Positions 26,708 through 32,000 of a stretch of 32,000 nt of DNA are shown piece by piece (within the stretch, counting starts at the first letter, position 1; the number at the start of each line of letters is the position of its first letter). The notes under the pieces are model-generated. The model saw only the letters and a list, made by a program, of their open reading frames with translations. It had not been told where the DNA came from and ran no database searches. This DNA comes from Nitrososphaerota archaeon. Its GTDB lineage: Archaea > Thermoproteota > Nitrososphaeria > Nitrososphaerales > Nitrosopumilaceae. The position numbers were made by a program, and so were the translations under genes. Location of the stretch: positions 11,992-43,991 of the forward strand of contig JAPOVD010000009.1 in assembly GCA_026708305.1 (NCBI GenBank), written 5' to 3'.

Positions 26708-27322
26708 TTGGTACGAAGAAAAACAAGAGTCAAAGATAAATGGAGAGAGAAAAAATGGATAAAGGTATTTGCACCAGAATCATTCAATAATATTCAAATA
26801 GCACACATTCCAATAACTAATGAAGAAAATGCAAAAGGCAGAGTGATAGAAGTCACATTATTTGATATACTAAAAGGCGATACTTCCCAATATCAATATA
26901 AAATGTATTTTCAAATAGATAAAATTGAAAATGACAAGGCGTCAACAATATTTAAGAGATATGAATATGCAAAAGAATTTTTGCGTAGTCTAGTAAGGAG
27001 AGGTTCATCTAAAATCAATTTTATATACACTATTAAAACAAAAGACGGATACATATTTAGAATTAAGATGATAGCTTTGTCTAATAGGCAATTAAATACA
27101 TCTAGAAAACATGCGCTTAGGTTGATAGCAAGAAATGTCATAGAGAAAATAGTAGGCCAAATGACGATAGAACAGTTTGTACAGGCTGCATGCTATGGAA
27201 AAATAAGCTCCGATATAATGGCAGCAGCAAAAAAAATAATACATATGAGACATGTAGGATTAGAAAAAGTAAAATTAATTAGAACTGCTGAAGAAGCGAT
27301 CACGCTATTAAAAGCAAAATAA
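26708..27322 (+). CDS. rps3ae: 30S ribosomal protein S3Ae (eS1)
   Basis: VKDKWREKKWIKVFAPESF and the ~200-aa length fit the family. TTG start. Confidence 0.88.
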   Translation: MVRRKTRVKDKWREKKWIKVFAPESFNNIQIAHIPITNEENAKGRVIEVTLFDILKGDTSQYQYKMYFQIDKIENDKASTIFKRYEYAKEFLRSLVRRGSSKINFIYTIKTKDGYIFRIKMIALSNRQLNTSRKHALRLIARNVIEKIVGQMTIEQFVQAACYGKISSDIMAAAKKIIHMRHVGLEKVKLIRTAEEAITLLKAK

Positions 27323-27331
27323 TAAACATTT

Positions 27332-27808
27332 ATGAAAATATCCATAGAAACAATAATTCACGCAACAGAAGATGTTGACAAAATACTAAATATAATTTCA
27401 AAAGAATTTTACATAGATCAAAAAGAATTTTCAAAACAAAGTTTGACTGGGCATTTTAATAATCCTATAATACTAGCAAGAGTAAAGATAACAACAGATG
27501 AAAGAATAAATAAAATTTTATTTAAAATTATATCAAATATTTCAAAATATGAAATTGATTATCTCACAAAAAATATGCATAATAAAATCGAAGGAACTTC
27601 ATTTTATTTAAGATTGGGAAAACAGAATTTGATAAATGGAATAATAACTTTAAATGAGAAGGATTCTATTAAAATAAAAATTAGTAATCCAAAATATGTA
27701 AACAATATAGAAAAATCATATATAGAAATGATAAATAGATTATTCAATCAAAGCAGAATAGAGAAGGTAACAAGGGATGATGATATAAAGCTGCTCCAGT
27801 CTGAATAA
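27332..27808 (+). CDS. DUF54/COG1325-like putative RNA-binding protein (the 'predicted exosome subunit' family)
   Basis: N-terminal ISIETIIHATEDVDKI pattern. Its position immediately after rps3ae is typical of archaeal genomes. Confidence 0.5.
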   Translation: MKISIETIIHATEDVDKILNIISKEFYIDQKEFSKQSLTGHFNNPIILARVKITTDERINKILFKIISNISKYEIDYLTKNMHNKIEGTSFYLRLGKQNLINGIITLNEKDSIKIKISNPKYVNNIEKSYIEMINRLFNQSRIEKVTRDDDIKLLQSE

Positions 27809-27832
27809 AGTGATGAGTAATATTACTGACCA
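27774..27832 (+). ncRNA. candidate box C/D sRNA overlapping the last ~35 nt of the preceding CDS
   Basis: Four consensus boxes occur in canonical order within 53 nt: C ATGATGA (27777-27783), D' CTGA (27801-27804), C' (G)TGATGA (27810-27816) and D CTGA (27826-27829). GG/CC flank the C and D boxes. The spacers are 17 and 9 nt rather than the usual ~12. Rare G+C-rich codons (ctg ctc cag) lie in the guide region. Confidence 0.4.
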
Positions 27833-27879
27833 GTTACATATGAAATTACTTTTAAATTAAATAAACGTTTGATAATTAT

Positions 27880-29328
27880 ATGGATTATGATGTAATTGTT
27901 GCTGGCGGTGGGCTTGCAGGTATGATTACTGCACAATCTATTTCATATTATTCTGATCAACGTTTGTCCATTCTAGTTGTTGACAGAAATCAACCTATTT
28001 CTATAGGTAAAAAAACAATCAATGGATGGATTTGCGGAGATGCTGTGAGCAAGGCAGCAGTAGATTTTATGACAAACAAAATTAAAGTTAAATGGAACGA
28101 TCCAGAAATAGAGCATTATGTGAAGGGTGTGATTGCACTTTCTCCTGATAAAGAAACATCCATTAAGTTTGATGGAGAAGGATACATGTTAAATAGGAAA
28201 CAATTACCACAAACACAATATAAATATTCTATAAAAAAAGGAATAGATTTTAAATTCGGCATAAGTGCGATAGATCTTGTTTACAATAATCAACAAGTAA
28301 TTGGTATTAAAGGATACAATAATAAATCACAAACAACATACAAACAAACTTCAAAAGTTGTTGTTGATGCAACAGGTATGACATCATCATTACGAAACAA
28401 TATCAAAAACACTGATAAAATAGAAAAAAAAATAGATAAAAAAGACGTAGAATCCACCGGAAGACATATAATGTATTTTGATGAGGGAGAGAAGAATCTT
28501 AGCGATTTTGATTCAGAACATTGTTTAATACATTTAGATCAAAATATTGCTCCAGGAGGATATGCATGGGTGTTTCCAAAAGGAAAGAACAAAGTGAATA
28601 TTGGTTTGGGTGTTGAGAAATCTTTTTTGGAAATGCGGAATAAAAAATTACATAAGCAAGATAATTTATCTAGTCTAATTAATCAATATGTAAGACGAAA
28701 TAGATCAATAATCAATCCAAGGCTATCTAACTCACCAGAAGATGAATCTAATACAACAGGAACATGGCAAGTGTCAGTAAGACGTCAAAATGATTGTATG
28801 GTATCAAATGGATTTATAATAATAGGAGATTCAGCTTGGATGCCAAAACCATTAGATGCTGGAGGTATAGGTCCAGCTATAATAGCTGGAACATTAGTTG
28901 GAAAAAATATTGTAGAAGCAATAGAATCTAACGATGTAACTGAAAATGGGTTATGGAAATATAATACTGATTTTGTTAAAGAATACGGACACAAAACTGC
29001 TGGACTAGAAGTGTTTAGGAGGTTATTACAAACTTTAACTAATGAACAAATAAGTTACGGGATGAAACATTTTCTTGGTAATTCAGACATAGAAGCAATA
29101 AGCAAAGGCAAACATCCAGATTTTAGTATTTTACACAAAATCAATGTAGTTATTAAAAGTGTTTTGAATAAACAATTAATTAATGGTTTAAGATTTACTG
29201 CTAAACAAAATTCTTGGTTAACAGAACATTATAACAAATATCCTAAAAAACCACAAGATTTTTATGTTTGGAACAATCAACTACACAAAAAATTAGATGA
29301 AGCATATCATATAATATCTAAATATTAA
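27880..29328 (+). CDS. geranylgeranyl-reductase-family FAD-dependent oxidoreductase with a C-terminal extension
   Basis: YDVIVAGGGLAGM dinucleotide motif and the GGR-type IIIGDSAWMPKPLDAGGIGPAIIAG motif. At 482 aa it is somewhat longer than typical GGRs. Confidence 0.75.
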   Translation: MDYDVIVAGGGLAGMITAQSISYYSDQRLSILVVDRNQPISIGKKTINGWICGDAVSKAAVDFMTNKIKVKWNDPEIEHYVKGVIALSPDKETSIKFDGEGYMLNRKQLPQTQYKYSIKKGIDFKFGISAIDLVYNNQQVIGIKGYNNKSQTTYKQTSKVVVDATGMTSSLRNNIKNTDKIEKKIDKKDVESTGRHIMYFDEGEKNLSDFDSEHCLIHLDQNIAPGGYAWVFPKGKNKVNIGLGVEKSFLEMRNKKLHKQDNLSSLINQYVRRNRSIINPRLSNSPEDESNTTGTWQVSVRRQNDCMVSNGFIIIGDSAWMPKPLDAGGIGPAIIAGTLVGKNIVEAIESNDVTENGLWKYNTDFVKEYGHKTAGLEVFRRLLQTLTNEQISYGMKHFLGNSDIEAISKGKHPDFSILHKINVVIKSVLNKQLINGLRFTAKQNSWLTEHYNKYPKKPQDFYVWNNQLHKKLDEAYHIISKY

Positions 29329-29329
29329 C

Positions 29330-30148
29330 ATGTCAGCTATAAATCATAGAGATAAAAAATTTAATGAGGTAGAATATATAGATTGGAATAATTCTCTGGA
29401 TTTATTAAAAAAAGCTCACGATACAAAATTATTTGTTTTAATAATAGGCCCAAAGGGAACAGGAAAAACTACATTGGTAAGGAAATTTGCAGAAAAAACA
29501 TATCAAAAATTAGATTCAATAAATTTTAGTTTGAGAACTAGAGAAAGCCATTTGATAGGATCAAAAACATTGATAGATGGGACAGTTAGTTTTATAGACG
29601 GAATATTAATAAAATCGATGAAATCTGGAAGCATGTTATATTTGGACGAAGTAAATTCAGCTGAAGCAGATGTGTTATTAAGGTTGGATGAAGCTTTAGA
29701 TGATAGAAGACAAATTATTTTAAAAGAATCAACAGGCGAAATAATCAAATCTAGGGAAGAATGGTTTGTTATAGCTACAATAAATCCATTAAATCATATT
29801 GGAACAAAAGAATTACCTCCTCAATTAGTTAGTAGATTTCCAATCAGGATCAAATTGGATTACCCTCCAGAAGATGTAGAATTAAACATAATACAAAAAC
29901 ACGTTGTACAAAATCATGATGAAGATATAAAATTAGGTATAAAGCTGGCAAACACATTAAGGCAAGCTGCATCAGTAGAAGAAGTATATTATGCTCCAAG
30001 TTTAAGGGAAACAATAGCGTATGGTAAAATGCTAGACTCAGGAATGAATAGTAAAGAAGCAGCCCAATTGGTTTTTGGCAATGTGTATTTACAATGGGGA
30101 AATATAGAATACCAAAAAGTCACAGACATAATAAATTCTGTATTTTGA
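29330..30148 (+). CDS. MoxR-class AAA+ ATPase of the CbbQ/NirQ/NorQ/GvpN type
   Basis: Walker A LIIGPKGTGKTTLV, Walker B MLYLDEVNSA and sensor/arginine region ATINP...PPQLVSRF. The ~270-aa single-AAA architecture fits. 1-nt gap to the upstream gene. Confidence 0.85.
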   Translation: MSAINHRDKKFNEVEYIDWNNSLDLLKKAHDTKLFVLIIGPKGTGKTTLVRKFAEKTYQKLDSINFSLRTRESHLIGSKTLIDGTVSFIDGILIKSMKSGSMLYLDEVNSAEADVLLRLDEALDDRRQIILKESTGEIIKSREEWFVIATINPLNHIGTKELPPQLVSRFPIRIKLDYPPEDVELNIIQKHVVQNHDEDIKLGIKLANTLRQAASVEEVYYAPSLRETIAYGKMLDSGMNSKEAAQLVFGNVYLQWGNIEYQKVTDIINSVF

Positions 30149-31714
30149 ATGCGATTGAATTTTATAAATTTAAAAAATGAAGCTTTGATTGATATTGCAA
30201 CATTTCTTGCTAGATGTTGGTCAGAAAATATTAATGCAGTTGTAAAATTTTCAGATAAAGATCACAACACATCTTTAACCAAAATTAATAAAAACACAAT
30301 AATTTTACCGTCAATAACCAATTATGCTGGTAGCGATTTTCAAAGATACAGACAGTTCAGAACCATGTTATGGTATGGAGCAATGCGTCTAAGATTTTGC
30401 GAAAAAGTGTTAAGTAATGATCATGCGTTTGGTTTTATTTTAAACACTATGGAGACTAGGCGTGTTGAAATTTTAGGTAGGAGAATTTGGAGCGGAATGG
30501 ATGAAGAAATTATATTCAACTATGCATATATTTGGAATTATAGGCCTATAATTCATAATATCTATCATAAAGTGAGAATTATAGAAGCTTTTCATCAATA
30601 TTTTTTAATTGGTGATATAAAAGGCGATATAAATTCTGGACAGTTAAAAAAAATAACAGATGCAGACAAATATGCAAAAAATGTACTTTCAGAAGTAATA
30701 AAAAATAATTACAATACTAGTTGGATAGAAAAAAAAATCCCGTCTATAATAAAAATTTTAGATGTAGATTCTCTTCTCACCATACCAATACAAATTAAAA
30801 AAAACAATGACTCATTCACTGATGAAACAGTATTACAAACCATAACTAAAATATCCAATATAATTCGTTATTCAAAAAGCAACAAAAATAAAATATTCAA
30901 AAATAAAAAAATACATGGAGAATATAAACAAATTATAGAAGAAAATACGAAAAATGAAAACAAAAAAACACATTATAATAAAATAGGCGTAAAAATACCC
31001 TACATAGATGAATATGATGATGTCATGATCCGTGATGTGGATCTTATAAACAAATTAAAAATCAAATTTAAAAAATTTAAAACTAACTTGAAAGAAGAAT
31101 TCACAAATATTGGTGATGAATTTGATTGTGATTCATATTTAGATAACAACAAACCATTTTTTAGAGACAACATAACAACAATTAAAACTAAAATCATGAT
31201 ACTACTGGATCATTCTTCTAGCATTTATAAAAATAATTTAGAATACAAAAAGGCTGCGTTAGCATTATGTGAAGTGTTATCATATTTACAAGTCAAGTTT
31301 TCTGTTTATGCGTTCAATACCACTGATAAAGAGATAACATGTTGGTTGATCAAATCAGATGATTCTAAATGGGATGATATAACATCACGAAGATTATCAA
31401 AGATAGAAGCTAATGGAGGGACTCCTTTGGCTGAAGTATATAACAAAATGAGAACATTACTTAATTTAAGAAAACCAGATATATTTCTGACGCTCACTGA
31501 TGGCGAACCAGCTGATCCTGATGAAGCTAGAAGAATAATACGTGTATTAAAATTATCTAATATAAAAATGGCAGCAATAGGATTAGGTTCTAATACTTTG
31601 CATGTAATAACAATTGCAAATAATTTAAAAAGATTGGGATATGAAAAAATATTAGCTGTTAATAATATAAATGACATAACAAGTAAAATATTGAACATAA
31701 TAGATCAAAAATAG
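30149..31714 (+). CDS. von Willebrand factor A (VWA) domain protein, NorD/CbbO/CobT-like partner of the AAA+ ATPase
   Basis: C-terminal VWA domain with a MIDAS-type motif (ILLDHSSSI ... GGTPLAE ... LTDGEPAD). It starts at the nucleotide following the ATPase stop. Confidence 0.8.
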   Translation: MRLNFINLKNEALIDIATFLARCWSENINAVVKFSDKDHNTSLTKINKNTIILPSITNYAGSDFQRYRQFRTMLWYGAMRLRFCEKVLSNDHAFGFILNTMETRRVEILGRRIWSGMDEEIIFNYAYIWNYRPIIHNIYHKVRIIEAFHQYFLIGDIKGDINSGQLKKITDADKYAKNVLSEVIKNNYNTSWIEKKIPSIIKILDVDSLLTIPIQIKKNNDSFTDETVLQTITKISNIIRYSKSNKNKIFKNKKIHGEYKQIIEENTKNENKKTHYNKIGVKIPYIDEYDDVMIRDVDLINKLKIKFKKFKTNLKEEFTNIGDEFDCDSYLDNNKPFFRDNITTIKTKIMILLDHSSSIYKNNLEYKKAALALCEVLSYLQVKFSVYAFNTTDKEITCWLIKSDDSKWDDITSRRLSKIEANGGTPLAEVYNKMRTLLNLRKPDIFLTLTDGEPADPDEARRIIRVLKLSNIKMAAIGLGSNTLHVITIANNLKRLGYEKILAVNNINDITSKILNIIDQK

Positions 31715-31924
31715 ATATATGATTTAGAATATGATATCACAGTCAATTGTTTTAATAATACATATAATGTAAACAAAATTAATTCAGATTTAATTTATTC
31801 TTTAAAAAAACTAAACATATGATTAAAAATGTTATGAGTTAACAATTTATCAAGAATTTATAAATATTTGAACAGCATACAAAGATTATTATGTACACAT
31901 AAAGTTTAATTACAAGATTAATAA

Positions 31925-32000
31925 ATGCCACAAACAAAGCCAATTGTAAGTGTTGAGAATGTGGTGGCATCAGCTTCAGTAGATCAAAAAATTGATCTTA
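31925..32000 (+). CDS. tbp: TATA-box binding protein, 5' fragment (runs off the window)
   Basis: MPQTKPIVSVENVVASASVDQKIDL matches the TBP first-repeat start (ENVVAS...LDL). Confidence 0.8.
   Translation, partial: MPQTKPIVSVENVVASASVDQKIDL

Noticed and set aside
27810-27846. Alternative sRNA model starting at GTGATGA 27810-27816 with CTGA 27826-27829 as the D' box.
   Set aside because: No acceptable C' or D box follows; only TGAAAT and TTGA occur. The upstream-anchored four-box model is more complete.
1663-31698. All other short antisense or nested ORFs in the track: 1663..1872, 3474..3707, 4746..5081, 5196..5432, 7382..7705, 8323..8556, 17846..18043, 17896..18108, 18726..18914, 19559..19750, 21960..22205, 23000..23275, 24332..24844, 24926..25267, 26274..26492, 26911..27141, 28785..28994, 29503..29748, 31000..31197, 31306..31698.
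   Set aside because: Each lies inside and opposite a longer ORF with clear family motifs. Their translations are Ile/Phe/Leu/Ser-rich with no motifs, as expected for shadow frames.
1-32000. CRISPR arrays, long direct or inverted repeats, IS elements, rRNA genes.
   Set aside because: Reading the window revealed no periodic repeat-spacer structure, no transposase-like ORF and no rRNA-like conserved segments.

Overview
This window is an AT-rich, densely packed chromosomal segment from an ammonia-oxidising archaeon of the Nitrosopumilaceae type (Thaumarchaeota/Nitrososphaerota). The assignment rests on near-identity of the 19.3-21.9 kb ORFs to archaeal AmoA, AmoC and AmoB. The core is the amo locus: amoA-amoX-amoC on the minus strand with amoB divergent. 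It is followed by three uncharacterised membrane or exported ORFs that share its richer G+C codon choice. The rest is housekeeping: ValRS, PheRS alpha and beta, TrpRS, SerRS, PdxS/PdxT, aconitase and archaeal PPAT. It also includes an S15 / RecJ-like / Pcc1-like / SerRS / S3Ae / DUF54-like gene string and the start of TBP. I folded five tRNA genes by hand. Trp(CCA) and Leu(UAA) each need two intervening sequences removed, and Ile(GAU) needs one. The items most worth a second look are: (1) the extra small ORFs around amo; (2) an orphan Dam-type methyltransferase wedged between a tRNA cluster and amoA; (3) a tight three-gene flavoprotein / MoxR-NorQ AAA+ / VWA operon with no obvious client; (4) a candidate box C/D sRNA overlapping the 3' end of a CDS, whose guide is complementary to the tRNA-Trp intron; (5) a one-nucleotide-spaced RAM-domain + HExxH pair. 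I saw no CRISPR array, transposase, integrase or long repeat. All functional calls come from motif recognition by eye and no searches were run.
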